From: Spirochaetia bacterium
GTDB taxonomy: Bacteria > Spirochaetota > Spirochaetia > UBA9216
DNA: 64,000 nt
Assembly: GCA_965140585.1 (NCBI GenBank)
Contig: OZ223267.1
Location: 224,001 to 288,000, forward strand
Direction of reading: 5' to 3'
Under the pieces are notes generated by a model that was not told the DNA's origin, did no database searches, and was given only the letters and a program-made list of their open reading frames with translations. Position 1 is the first letter of the stretch. The number at the start of each line of letters is the position of its first letter. This document shows, one piece after another, positions 9,105 through 18,019 of this stretch. The translations under genes were made by a program, and so were the position numbers.

Positions 9105-9868
9105 GCTTCAAAGTCTCCCATCATGGCCACACTCATGTAGGCAAGTCCGGAACCTACTTTTAGGCCTATTACCGCATTCAGCAGTATGATAAACCCTACC
9201 TGCGGAATTTCCGTGCCTCTGAAAGGATTTGCAAAAAAGCCTATCCCTGTAATAATCCCGGCGCCTGAGGCAATTACAAATAAAAGAAAAGACAGGGCTT
9301 CTATCCGGTTCAGGATATCGGCTCTTGCCAGCAGATTGCTGTAATTGCCTCTGGCCCCCAGTGTTATAAATATTATTCCTGAAGCAATTACAACTCCGCC
9401 CTGAAAGCCTCCGCCTGGCGACATATGTCCGAAGAGGATTACATAGAGTCCGAAAATCAGCACTATTGGTCCCAGCTTTCCTGTCACAACTTCCATAAGC
9501 ACAGTACGCTTGCGGGTCAGAAATACCGGTTTTTTCCCGGCTGCCGCCGCCCTGTTGGCAGCGTCATCCCTGCAGTACTCCGGATCGATGTTTTTACCGG
9601 TATAGGCAATCATTCCAATGGTTCCGCTGATTGCTACCAGAAGAACAATGGTCTCACCAAGTGTATCGTATGCTCTGTATCCAAGATATATAGAGCTCAC
9701 AATGTTAACCGCGCCGGTTTCTTCATGTCCGCTCTGCTCCAGATAATCCCTGATTTTTACCGGCCAGCCGGAGTTTTCCATAAAAACCGGCAGCAGTACA
9801 GAAGTCACTAATAATAACGGAAGTAGAATCTGAATAATTCCAAAAACGGTTCTTGTTCCAGTTTTCAT
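9098..9868 (-). CDS. mnhB: Mrp/Mnh subunit B (MbhE+MbhF-like)
   Basis: NIVSSIYLGYRAYDTLGE and GHMSPGGGFQGG motifs. Confidence 0.85.
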   Translation of the reverse strand: MKTGTRTVFGIIQILLPLLLVTSVLLPVFMENSGWPVKIRDYLEQSGHEETGAVNIVSSIYLGYRAYDTLGETIVLLVAISGTIGMIAYTGKNIDPEYCRDDAANRAAAAGKKPVFLTRKRTVLMEVVTGKLGPIVLIFGLYVILFGHMSPGGGFQGGVVIASGIIFITLGARGNYSNLLARADILNRIEALSFLLFVIASGAGIITGIGFFANPFRGTEIPQVGFIILLNAVIGLKVGSGLAYMSVAMMGDFEAC

Positions 9869-10101
9869 CAGCTTTTATCCCATTTATCAGTGACCTTTAT
9901 GGCCCAGACAAAGATGATGGTTGATATTCCTGCTCCCACTGCAGCCTCTGTAATTGCTACATCAGGAGCCTTTAAAAGATAGAACAGCATGGATGAGATC
10001 AGACTGAAGGCGGAAAGTGCAAGTATTCCATGCAGGAGATTCCGGCTTGTAAGGATATATACAGCCAGAATTATAAGCATAAGTATCATTATCCTAATCA
10101 T
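9868..10101 (-). CDS. Mrp B'/MbhD-like small subunit (DUF4040)
   Basis: APDVAITEAAVGAG motif and three hydrophobic segments; ATG 10101 overlaps the end of mnhG. Confidence 0.8.
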   Translation of the reverse strand: MIRIMILMLIILAVYILTSRNLLHGILALSAFSLISSMLFYLLKAPDVAITEAAVGAGISTIIFVWAIKVTDKWDKS

Positions 10102-10423
10102 TACTGTTCCCTTTGTTTTTGGGAGGTTTCTGACCCGAAACACCTGAGTTCCAGATAAATCTTGCGACTATATGTGAGCTGGTAGGGGATGATACCATGA
10201 AAAAAGCGGCAATTATCAGAACCCGTGCGGCAATTGCCCAACCCGGTGAGAGGGCGAGTGCTCCTATCATGATTGAAAATACTGCAGTTGTGCCGCAGAG
10301 CGAACCTGCCTGCAGTCTCTGGTAGGAGTCTTTAAAACGGAACAGTCCGATAAGTCCGGCTGTTCCGAATATCACGGCACTCAGGAAAGCCGCTGCTGCA
10401 ATGATATCAAGAGCAAGTCTCAT
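10094..10423 (-). CDS. mnhG: Mrp/Mnh subunit G
   Basis: GLFRFKDSYQRLQA and SPTSSH motifs. Confidence 0.85.
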   Translation of the reverse strand: MRLALDIIAAAAFLSAVIFGTAGLIGLFRFKDSYQRLQAGSLCGTTAVFSIMIGALALSPGWAIAARVLIIAAFFMVSSPTSSHIVARFIWNSGVSGQKPPKNKGNSND

Positions 10424-10704
10424 CAGCTTCCGTCTCCATCACCTGAGAATTTATCCTTAAGAAAGCGTGCGATGGCAAGGAATCCCAGAAATCCGAATAT
10501 ATCATATACCAGGGCAACATCAAGATAGAGAGCCCGGCCTTCGCTTACACCCCGTGTAATCAGAAAAGCCAACACAACTCCGGACAGAATATTCAGGGCT
10601 ACAAGCCTGTCTGACGAGGTCGGGCCGGAGATCATCCGTATAATGCAGACCAGAGCGCATAAAAGCAGAAACCACTTCATTCCCTCAAGCAGAAGCATAC
10701 GCAT
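10423..10704 (-). CDS. mnhF: Mrp/Mnh subunit F
   Basis: GPTSSDRLVALN and YLDVALVY motifs. Confidence 0.85.
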   Translation of the reverse strand: MRMLLLEGMKWFLLLCALVCIIRMISGPTSSDRLVALNILSGVVLAFLITRGVSEGRALYLDVALVYDIFGFLGFLAIARFLKDKFSGDGDGS

Positions 10705-10710
10705 GACAGC

Positions 10711-11250
10711 CTACCTCCAGACCCGGCTAAGCATTGTTTCCATCCGACCCTTAACTGTATCTCCGGCTACCTTTGAGTGGTGGGTGTTGCAGAACATCCA
10801 GTGAACTGTGAGATGGTCGTCGTTTAAATCAAGTGTGATTGTTCCTGGAGTAAAGGTGATTGAATTGGAGAGTATCATTCTGGCAAGATCCGACCGGAGT
10901 CTTGTTTTAAAGTGAACTATCTTAGGTGAAATTTTTCCCGAGAATACAGCAGGAAGCATTCTCACACTTGATGCATACATAGCGTATATAATGTAGAAAA
11001 GAAATAAAGCAAGACGGAAGGGGCTCAGAAAAAAAAGGCTTCTTGATACCTCGTGTTCAGCTATGAACACTCCATAGGTGAGCCAGGAAATGAGTATCGA
11101 CCCGGCAAGTCCTGCAATAATTGAATAAAGGTTCCATGTGAAAGAGAATAGCAGCCAGACTGCGAAAAGTGCGGCAGCAGTGAGCAGGAAACGGAGTAGT
11201 TTCCATAGCCGCTTTGCTGATTCTGAACTCAGTCTGCTTTTATCAGCCAC
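10711..11250 (-). CDS. mnhE: Mrp/Mnh subunit E
   Basis: LSNSITFTPGTITLD...LTVHW motif. Confidence 0.85.
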   Translation of the reverse strand: MADKSRLSSESAKRLWKLLRFLLTAAALFAVWLLFSFTWNLYSIIAGLAGSILISWLTYGVFIAEHEVSRSLFFLSPFRLALFLFYIIYAMYASSVRMLPAVFSGKISPKIVHFKTRLRSDLARMILSNSITFTPGTITLDLNDDHLTVHWMFCNTHHSKVAGDTVKGRMETMLSRVWR

Positions 11251-11256
11251 CGGTTA

Positions 11257-11715
11257 TTATCCTTCTTCTGAAATGAATGCTGATAAAAGTTCTTCAGGCG
11301 AGGCGGAGGAACTCAGACTGTTTCTGAAATCTTCGTTATGCAGCAGTCTTGCAGTTTTTGAAAGAAGTTTCAGATGAGTTCGGACCCCTGATTTCGGTCC
11401 AATCATCATAAGTACAATTGTAACCGGTTCCCCGTCAGGCGATGAAAAATCAATTCCTCCGGGGATTACTGCAGCAGCCATTGCTGTTCTGTCCGTACAT
11501 TCTGTCAATGCATGAGGGACCGCACATCCTGAACCTATGGCAGTAACCGATATATCCTCACGGGCCAGAACCTCTGTAAAAAGTCCTTCATGATCCTCAA
11601 TCTTCAGAAATTCAGCAAGCCTCTGTGTCATAAGCCTTAGCAGATCCTCTTTTGTCCGAGCTGGAGGGTTGATAAAAATACAGTCGGGAGATATCAGCGG
11701 ATAAATTTTAATCAT
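11257..11715 (-). CDS. Stand-alone PTS EIIA protein (Ntr/fructose-mannitol type)
   Basis: RE...TAIGSGCAVPHA phospho-His motif, IDFSSPDGEPV, HLKLLS. Confidence 0.85.
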   Translation of the reverse strand: MIKIYPLISPDCIFINPPARTKEDLLRLMTQRLAEFLKIEDHEGLFTEVLAREDISVTAIGSGCAVPHALTECTDRTAMAAAVIPGGIDFSSPDGEPVTIVLMMIGPKSGVRTHLKLLSKTARLLHNEDFRNSLSSSASPEELLSAFISEEG

Positions 11716-11717
11716 AT

Positions 11718-12065
11718 TCAGGACTCCTCATCGAATTCTATCAACCCGGCAGCCCAGTCTATAGGCAGCGTAAACATTATTCCGGTGCCGGGGTTTTTCA
11801 GTCCCCCGACAACTTCATCAATCAGCACTCTGACACGTTTTATAACCTCATCATCGGTAACCACCGAAATGATGGTTTTGTTATAGGGTTTATTGCCTTT
11901 CATGAATTCCTTGAATCCGGCAAACAGAGGAACCTCATAGGCAAGAAACCTGCCCATCCCCTCTGAGTCAAACATGGTTGCTCCGTCAATACCGGCTTCC
12001 ACATAAGCTTCAAGCACCTCTTCGAGCAGTTCTTCTTTGTTCAGAATAAAAATGAGCAGTTTCAT
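11718..12065 (-). CDS. PII-like (GlnB-fold) signalling protein
   Basis: MKLLIFILNKEE...GIDGATMFDSEGMG...PGTGIMFTLP pattern, about 115 aa. ATG 12065 is preferred over GTG 12080. Confidence 0.7.
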   Translation of the reverse strand: MKLLIFILNKEELLEEVLEAYVEAGIDGATMFDSEGMGRFLAYEVPLFAGFKEFMKGNKPYNKTIISVVTDDEVIKRVRVLIDEVVGGLKNPGTGIMFTLPIDWAAGLIEFDEES

Positions 12066-12071
12066 TAATTT

Positions 12072-12101
12072 ATTATTCACCTAAAAGTAAGTTTCTGTCA
12101 A
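12072..12101 (-). promoter_or_regulatory. Candidate sigma70 promoter of the PII-EIIA-mrp operon
   Basis: TTGACA-N18-AATAAT on the minus strand, with ATG 12065 six nt downstream. Confidence 0.45.
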
Positions 12102-12106
12102 ATTCC

Positions 12107-12661
12107 TTAGCTGATTAAAGCTACAGTTCCTTTTTTCTTTCTTTCACCAAGCATAAATTTATTTTCCGCTGCAGGGTAGCCTATAATTACTGCACAGATA
12201 ACCCTGTCGTTTTCGGGAATCCCGGCTTCTTTTTTGAGCTCTGCATTTTCAGGACTGTTTAAAATCATGGACGGAGATGCAAGAAAGCATGATCCCAGAC
12301 CAAGACCTGTAGCTTCAAGCAGCATGTTCTCTGCAGATAATGCTGTATTTACTGCAGTGTAGGGTGCCTCCTGCGGTCCTGAAAGAAGTATCAGTACTGG
12401 TGCACTGTACAGCGGCTGGTAACCGGGGAGTGCCGCCCTCTGTCTGAGGAATTCCCTTTCGGATTTTAACATTTTCTCGTAGGTAAGGTTATTTATCTTC
12501 TCAAGCAGCTCGGGGTTTGTAATTGCTGAGATATGAAAGTCACCGGCTACCGGTCCCCACTGTCCTGCTTCAAGAACCTGGTTGATAATATCCTCAGGAA
12601 CTGTCTTCTCAATATAAGCTCTGGTACTTTTTCGTGCTCTTACTGCTTCTGTAATTGTCAT
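12107..12661 (-). CDS. Nitroreductase family flavoprotein
   Basis: RKSTRAY, YSAPVLI, ENMLLEATGLGLGSC motifs. Confidence 0.88.
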   Translation of the reverse strand: MTITEAVRARKSTRAYIEKTVPEDIINQVLEAGQWGPVAGDFHISAITNPELLEKINNLTYEKMLKSEREFLRQRAALPGYQPLYSAPVLILLSGPQEAPYTAVNTALSAENMLLEATGLGLGSCFLASPSMILNSPENAELKKEAGIPENDRVICAVIIGYPAAENKFMLGERKKKGTVALIS

Positions 12662-12788
12662 ATGAATTCCTTTATTTTAATTTGATTCTTAATTTTATAC
12701 CTCCTCAATTAAAGCATAAAAGCATATCCGTCTACAATAAATAAAACAAAATCATTGATAAAAATATTATTAGAATATACGATGCGGC

Positions 12789-13529
12789 ATGAACAGAAAA
12801 ACATTGATTATAATGAGCTCAGCGCTTATTGCGTCCTCGGTATGCATGTTTGCAATCCATCTTCTGATTTTCAGAGATCTGCATCACATAATGATCTATA
12901 CCATTCATGATATTGCGTTTCTGCCTATTGAAGTTCTTATAGTAAGCCTTTTTTTTCATAGAATTATTGAATCCGTGCAGAAGAAGAACATGCTTGAGAA
13001 GATGAACATGGCAGTAGGCCTTTTTTTCAGTGAGGGCGGAACTGAACTTCTGACCATGATAGTAGCAATGGATAAGGATGCAGATGAAATAAGCAGTGAA
13101 CTTATAGTTGCTCCTCAATGGAAAAAGAAAGAGTATGAGACAGCTTTGAAGCGGGTTGAGAAACTCGAAGGTGATCTGCAGATTACTCCGGATATACTTC
13201 TTGAGATAAGGGAGCTTCTTAATTCAAGGAGGGAATTCCTGCTTTCGCTTCTTGGTAATCCTAATCTGATTGAGCATGAAACCTTTACTGATATGGTTCT
13301 TGCTGTTTTTCACCTATCGGAGGAACTTGCCGCACGGGATGATTTATATTTTCTTCCTGAGAGCGATCTCAGACATCTTGATATTGATATAATGAGAGCC
13401 TACAAACTGCTGGTAAAAGAATGGCTGCGTTATATGGAAAATATACAGAGGAATTATCCCTATCTGTTCTCTATGGCTGTGAGAACCAATCCGCTTAAGA
13501 AAAATCCGGATCCTGTATTCAGGCAGTAA
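12789..13529 (+). CDS. Hypothetical membrane protein (two N-terminal TM helices)
   Basis: Long ORF with DIAFLPIEVL, FFSEGG, LLGNPNLIEHE and YPYLFS segments; upstream TTGATA-N17-TACGAT. Confidence 0.7.
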   Translation: MNRKTLIIMSSALIASSVCMFAIHLLIFRDLHHIMIYTIHDIAFLPIEVLIVSLFFHRIIESVQKKNMLEKMNMAVGLFFSEGGTELLTMIVAMDKDADEISSELIVAPQWKKKEYETALKRVEKLEGDLQITPDILLEIRELLNSRREFLLSLLGNPNLIEHETFTDMVLAVFHLSEELAARDDLYFLPESDLRHLDIDIMRAYKLLVKEWLRYMENIQRNYPYLFSMAVRTNPLKKNPDPVFRQ

Positions 13530-14679
13530 AATCTTCCGGCAGCGGAGCAGGGAGCTCAAAGCTGCTTTCCATTTCATAAAACCGATGTGTTTTTGCCGAT
13601 TCAAGCATCTTTATCATTACTTCCAGAGCGTGAAAAGCCATCTTTCCGCTTGCTCTGGGAGTGCGCTTATCCCTGATTGCATAAGCCATATCCACAAGAC
13701 CGATACCCCGGCTGTTTTTTGCATGTGATGTAGAGTCGAAGGGTTTATTCACAGGCACGTTTATCCATGGTTCGGGGTTCTCATCGCGCGGAAACCCGAA
13801 CCACCGGTATTCCTTCTGTGTTTTTAAAAAAACTTCACCGCCGAAGATGTTAGGACCGTCAAGAGGATCAGGATCTTTCATACAGATGGTTCCTTTTGTC
13901 CCGTAAATTTCAATCCGCGGCATTTCAGAATCCCAGACATCAAAGCTGGTGATTACAGAAGCTATTGCACCGCTTGCAAATTCAAGGTTACCCAGAATAT
14001 GAGTATCAACCTCTACTTCAAGCATCTCTCCTCTGTAGGGACCTCCGAGAATCTCTCTGCGGTCGAATGATTTTTTTGCCATTGCACTGCAGCGTTTTAC
14101 AGGCCCCATCAGCGACATTAATGCTGTCAGATAATACGGGCCCATATCAAGAAGAGGGCCGGCACCTTCTTTGAAATAGAAAAAGGGGCTGTTGTGGAAG
14201 GTGTCAATGCCATGATAGAGACAGTAGGCTCCGGCACCGATGATATCGCCGATTTTACCCTGATCGATTATTTCCCGGCAGGTCTGAAGTCTTGCTCCCA
14301 GGAAAGTGTCAGGTGCACATCCAACGTACAAGCCCTTTTCTTCGGCCAGCCGCATGGTTTCACGTGCACCTTCGAGGTCGGTTCCAAGCGGCTTTTCACT
14401 GTAGATATGTTTGCCTGCTTCCAGCGCTGCATTATTGATCCCGCTGTGAGCTCCGGGGACTGTAAGATTTAAAACTATATCAATATCCGCATCATTTATC
14501 AGATCGATGGCCGAGCCGCAAGCTCTGGGAATACCCAGTTCGGCTGCTCTTTTTTCAGCTTTTTCCTTGCTTCTTGCTGCACAGGCCAGAACATTTACTA
14601 TGTCATACTGTTTAAGGTTGTTGATATACTTATCACTGATATCTCCAACACCGATTACACCTACATTATATTTATTCAT
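13519..14679 (-). CDS. Gfo/Idh/MocA family oxidoreductase
   Basis: VGVIGVGDIS Rossmann motif, GKHIYSEKP, APDTFLG, GPLLDMGPYY. Confidence 0.9.
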   Translation of the reverse strand: MNKYNVGVIGVGDISDKYINNLKQYDIVNVLACAARSKEKAEKRAAELGIPRACGSAIDLINDADIDIVLNLTVPGAHSGINNAALEAGKHIYSEKPLGTDLEGARETMRLAEEKGLYVGCAPDTFLGARLQTCREIIDQGKIGDIIGAGAYCLYHGIDTFHNSPFFYFKEGAGPLLDMGPYYLTALMSLMGPVKRCSAMAKKSFDRREILGGPYRGEMLEVEVDTHILGNLEFASGAIASVITSFDVWDSEMPRIEIYGTKGTICMKDPDPLDGPNIFGGEVFLKTQKEYRWFGFPRDENPEPWINVPVNKPFDSTSHAKNSRGIGLVDMAYAIRDKRTPRASGKMAFHALEVMIKMLESAKTHRFYEMESSFELPAPLPEDFTA

Positions 14680-14749
14680 CGTAACTCCTTCTGAAAATGA
14701 TGAATGCTGTTATATCCAATCATATATCCCGAAGGGGGCTGAACACAAA

Positions 14750-15610
14750 TTATTTCCGGTATTTTTTCAGTCTTATGAGTTCGATATGCGGATCTGCGAA
14801 GAATCTTACCGGCATTCCTGATACGCCGATTCCGTTTGAAACAATCAGCCGGTTGATATCGCTGGAATAGCTGCCTCTCCAGTATTCATGGTTCTGAAGC
14901 GGCAGTACAGGTGCATACAGCCCAAAAAAGGTTATCTGGCCGCCGTGTGAATGCCCCGAAAGCATCAGGTCAACCCGCATATCATTTCTTACTATTGAAT
15001 ATATCTCAGGTGAATGTGAAAGCAGAATACAGAACTCCTCATTTTTCACATCGTTTAAGGCCAGCTGTATTTCCGGAAAATCTGTGTAATAATCCGCCAG
15101 ACCTGCAACCGTTAATTTCTGTCCCCCTATTTGAAACTCCGCAGTACTGTTGTCCAGTACCGTGAACCCCAAAGATTCAAGTTTGCCACGGACATCATAG
15201 GGGGAAACAAAATTATCATGATTTCCTAAAACTGCAGCGTTATTTAAATCAGCAAGCGGAGCCAGCTTTTCAAGCGCAGAGTCAAAGTCTTCTGTATGTC
15301 CGTCAATATAGTCTCCGCCAAGCAGCAATATATCCGGTTTAAGTGCCAGAACTTTTTTCACAGTTTCTGTGAAATAGCTTTCGGGAAGAAGTCGGCTGAT
15401 ATGAAGATCGGATATAAAAACAATACGAATTTCCTCTGATTCTTCCGGTAAATCTTCAGCATAAACAGTTGATTTTTTTACTGTGAGAATGGTTGCGCAG
15501 CCTGAAAAAATCAGGAGGAATATTGCTGTTAAAATGAACTTCAGGATGACTGATTTTTTAATGTAAGTTGTCACGTTTCTATAGATAACATAAAACAGCT
15601 TCAGTTTCAT
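14750..15610 (-). CDS. Calcineurin-like metallophosphoesterase (YkuE-like), probable lipoprotein
   Basis: SDLH, GGDY, GNHD, SHSP and SGHSHGGQ motifs; lipobox-like IFSGC. Confidence 0.88.
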   Translation of the reverse strand: MKLKLFYVIYRNVTTYIKKSVILKFILTAIFLLIFSGCATILTVKKSTVYAEDLPEESEEIRIVFISDLHISRLLPESYFTETVKKVLALKPDILLLGGDYIDGHTEDFDSALEKLAPLADLNNAAVLGNHDNFVSPYDVRGKLESLGFTVLDNSTAEFQIGGQKLTVAGLADYYTDFPEIQLALNDVKNEEFCILLSHSPEIYSIVRNDMRVDLMLSGHSHGGQITFFGLYAPVLPLQNHEYWRGSYSSDINRLIVSNGIGVSGMPVRFFADPHIELIRLKKYRK

Positions 15611-15671
15611 TACAATAAACGATTTTTATGGCGAAGCTGCGGCTTTTCTGATAAAATACCTCTCATTATCT

Positions 15672-16934
15672 ATGAAAATCAGAAGACAAATTTTTTCTAT
15701 AATTATTATTGTTATTGCGGTATCAGGCTGTGCCAGTTATTCAAAACTTTCGGGAATATCTGATGATTATGATTCAGTGCAGGATTTTTTTGCAGCCGAA
15801 GAAATCCCTGTTTTTGAGGCCGAAAGCCGGGGAATTTATTTTGATGGAAGACAGTGGTACGAACGGAGTCTGGAACTTATAGAGTCGGCAGAAGACTATA
15901 TTCTAATAAATTCCTTTCTGACAACCGAGCATGATCACTGCCGTGAGATATACCGCGCCTTGAAGCGGAAAATGGATGAAGGGGTGAGGGTATACTGCAT
16001 CTTTGACAGTGCTTCCTCATATCGTACCTATCCCAGGTCAACCGATGTTATCCGTGCCGCAATTCCCTATGTCCGGGAGCTTGGTATCCCTTACACTGAA
16101 TACAGTCCAATCCGGGGAAGGCGGGTTCCGACTCTTCTCGGCCTTTTTGACAGAGACCACCGTAAATTCTGGATAGTAGACGGAAAGGTTGTGGTCGAGG
16201 GAGGCCAGAATATCGACTATGACAGTCTAAGTTTTCCTGAAGACGGAGGCTGTATAGATACAATGGTAGAAATTGAATCAGAGCAGTATGTTTCGATGAT
16301 GCAGGATGCTTTTTTCACCAGCTGGAACCGCTATTCGGTGGCGAAGTTAAATAAGGAAGATTTCAGAATAAGGGCAGCTGAAAAAGGCGCACCTGTATGG
16401 GTTTTTAATCAGGACCGCGGCGATGCTTCAACAGTTACCGCCATGTTTGACGGTCTTTTCACATATGCAGAGGATGAACTATGGCTGGTTCAGTGCTACA
16501 CCTATGTTACGCCCTCACTGCTGGATAAAATTAAATTTGCCGTAGATCGCGGAGTTAAGGTTAATTTTATAATATCTGAAAATCAGATCGGCGAGCGATT
16601 TGAAAAGGCCGCATTGTATTCCATTAAAACCCTGCTGAAAACCGGGGCCAATGTTTATCTTTTCAATTCACCCTACAAGGCTTTGCTTCATTACAAGCTG
16701 ATTCTTGCCGACGGCAGATACGCATCAATCGGGTCGGCAAACTATAACTTCAGATCACAGTCTCTTTCCAGAGAGCTTTCAATAATCTCTGAGGATCCTG
16801 TTCTTGTTGAAACAGTCTCCAACAACCTTGACCAGCTTATGCTCAATTGCAGACAGGTATATCTTGAAGAGGCTGAAGAGTATCAGGGGATGAAATATCT
16901 GCTAAACTATATTCTGATGCAGTTCTGGGGATGA
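15672..16934 (+). CDS. Phospholipase D superfamily protein (cardiolipin synthase-like), lipoprotein
   Basis: Two HKD motifs (HRKFWIVD..GGQN and HYKLILAD..GSAN); lipobox AVSGC. Confidence 0.88.
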   Translation: MKIRRQIFSIIIIVIAVSGCASYSKLSGISDDYDSVQDFFAAEEIPVFEAESRGIYFDGRQWYERSLELIESAEDYILINSFLTTEHDHCREIYRALKRKMDEGVRVYCIFDSASSYRTYPRSTDVIRAAIPYVRELGIPYTEYSPIRGRRVPTLLGLFDRDHRKFWIVDGKVVVEGGQNIDYDSLSFPEDGGCIDTMVEIESEQYVSMMQDAFFTSWNRYSVAKLNKEDFRIRAAEKGAPVWVFNQDRGDASTVTAMFDGLFTYAEDELWLVQCYTYVTPSLLDKIKFAVDRGVKVNFIISENQIGERFEKAALYSIKTLLKTGANVYLFNSPYKALLHYKLILADGRYASIGSANYNFRSQSLSRELSIISEDPVLVETVSNNLDQLMLNCRQVYLEEAEEYQGMKYLLNYILMQFWG

Positions 16935-16935
16935 T

Positions 16936-17475
16936 ATGAGAAACAGGATCTTAATTTTACTTTCGGCAGCAGTTCTCTTTTTTTCGGCTTCAGCCGCATT
17001 CGGTGAAACAAGCGGATGGACTGCAGGCTTTCAGATATCCTCTGAAGGATTTACTGAAGGCTACGGTTTCAGCTCCTCGGAATATGTCGGGATGGAGCTG
17101 TTTCTTGAGCCCTGGAGCTTTGATTTCCTTACGCCGGCACTTAACACCGGATTTCTGCTTCCCGTCAGTCAAAACCTTTTCGCTGATTCTGTTTTTAAGG
17201 CGGAGTTGTCTCTTGAACTTTTTGCACTGAAAAAACACATATTCAGGAATTTTATCGATATCGAGAACAGGTGGGCGCCTTCAGTCAGCGGGGGAGTTCT
17301 GATGCCGGTTAACAGTCCCGGGCAGCTGCTTCTGAATTTCGGAATTTCACCGTTCCGGCTTAAAACAGGAGCAGGACGATACAGCATCCTTGCGTTTGAT
17401 GCTGTTACTGATACTCAGTTCAGCGGAATTTCTTACGGCATCAAAATATTTGATTTCAGGTTATTTCTGTTTTAG
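16936..17475 (+). CDS. Hypothetical secreted protein, possible small outer-membrane beta-barrel
   Basis: Signal peptide (ASAAFG), amphipathic aromatic-rich strands, C-terminal Phe. Confidence 0.6.
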   Translation: MRNRILILLSAAVLFFSASAAFGETSGWTAGFQISSEGFTEGYGFSSSEYVGMELFLEPWSFDFLTPALNTGFLLPVSQNLFADSVFKAELSLELFALKKHIFRNFIDIENRWAPSVSGGVLMPVNSPGQLLLNFGISPFRLKTGAGRYSILAFDAVTDTQFSGISYGIKIFDFRLFLF

Positions 17476-17482
17476 GGAGCTT

Positions 17483-18019
17483 ATGAAGAGAATAATTCTT
17501 TTAATCATATTCTGTATTTCAGCCGCAATGTCTATTGAAGCCCAGGATATCAGCCTGACTTACGGTCCATGGTCTTTTATTTCTGAAGATGATGCGGTTT
17601 CCGGCGGTGTTTATCCTTATGCCGGAATTAACTTCGGTCTGAATGACCGCCTTGAAGCCCAGATCTTTGCAATTGCAGAGGCAGCCCCGGTTCCTCTTGA
17701 AAGAATCATGATGGGAGCAGGCCTCTCTGCCGGAATTCTCGGCGGGCGCCACATAACATACTTCAATATGTATGCAGATCTTGATTTTATCTACGGGCTT
17801 CGTTTTACAGATTCCGGAGTTGAACATAACCGTTTTGCGGCGTTCAGGCTGTCTCCGCTGGCCATTGGAAATGATTACAACGGTTATCGTGACAGAATCT
17901 TTACTATGGGTGTTATGTATAACTTTGACAGCGGTTTGTTTTCGTTTACCTGGAATCTGTTGATTTTTGATATGTTCCTGAACTCGGCATCTGTACTTGA
18001 TGAAAAAGATCGAATCTAA
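17483..18019 (+). CDS. Hypothetical secreted protein, possible small outer-membrane beta-barrel
   Basis: GGGAG RBS, then signal peptide MKRIILL...SIEA, followed by alternating Gly/aromatic strands. Confidence 0.6.
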   Translation: MKRIILLIIFCISAAMSIEAQDISLTYGPWSFISEDDAVSGGVYPYAGINFGLNDRLEAQIFAIAEAAPVPLERIMMGAGLSAGILGGRHITYFNMYADLDFIYGLRFTDSGVEHNRFAAFRLSPLAIGNDYNGYRDRIFTMGVMYNFDSGLFSFTWNLLIFDMFLNSASVLDEKDRI

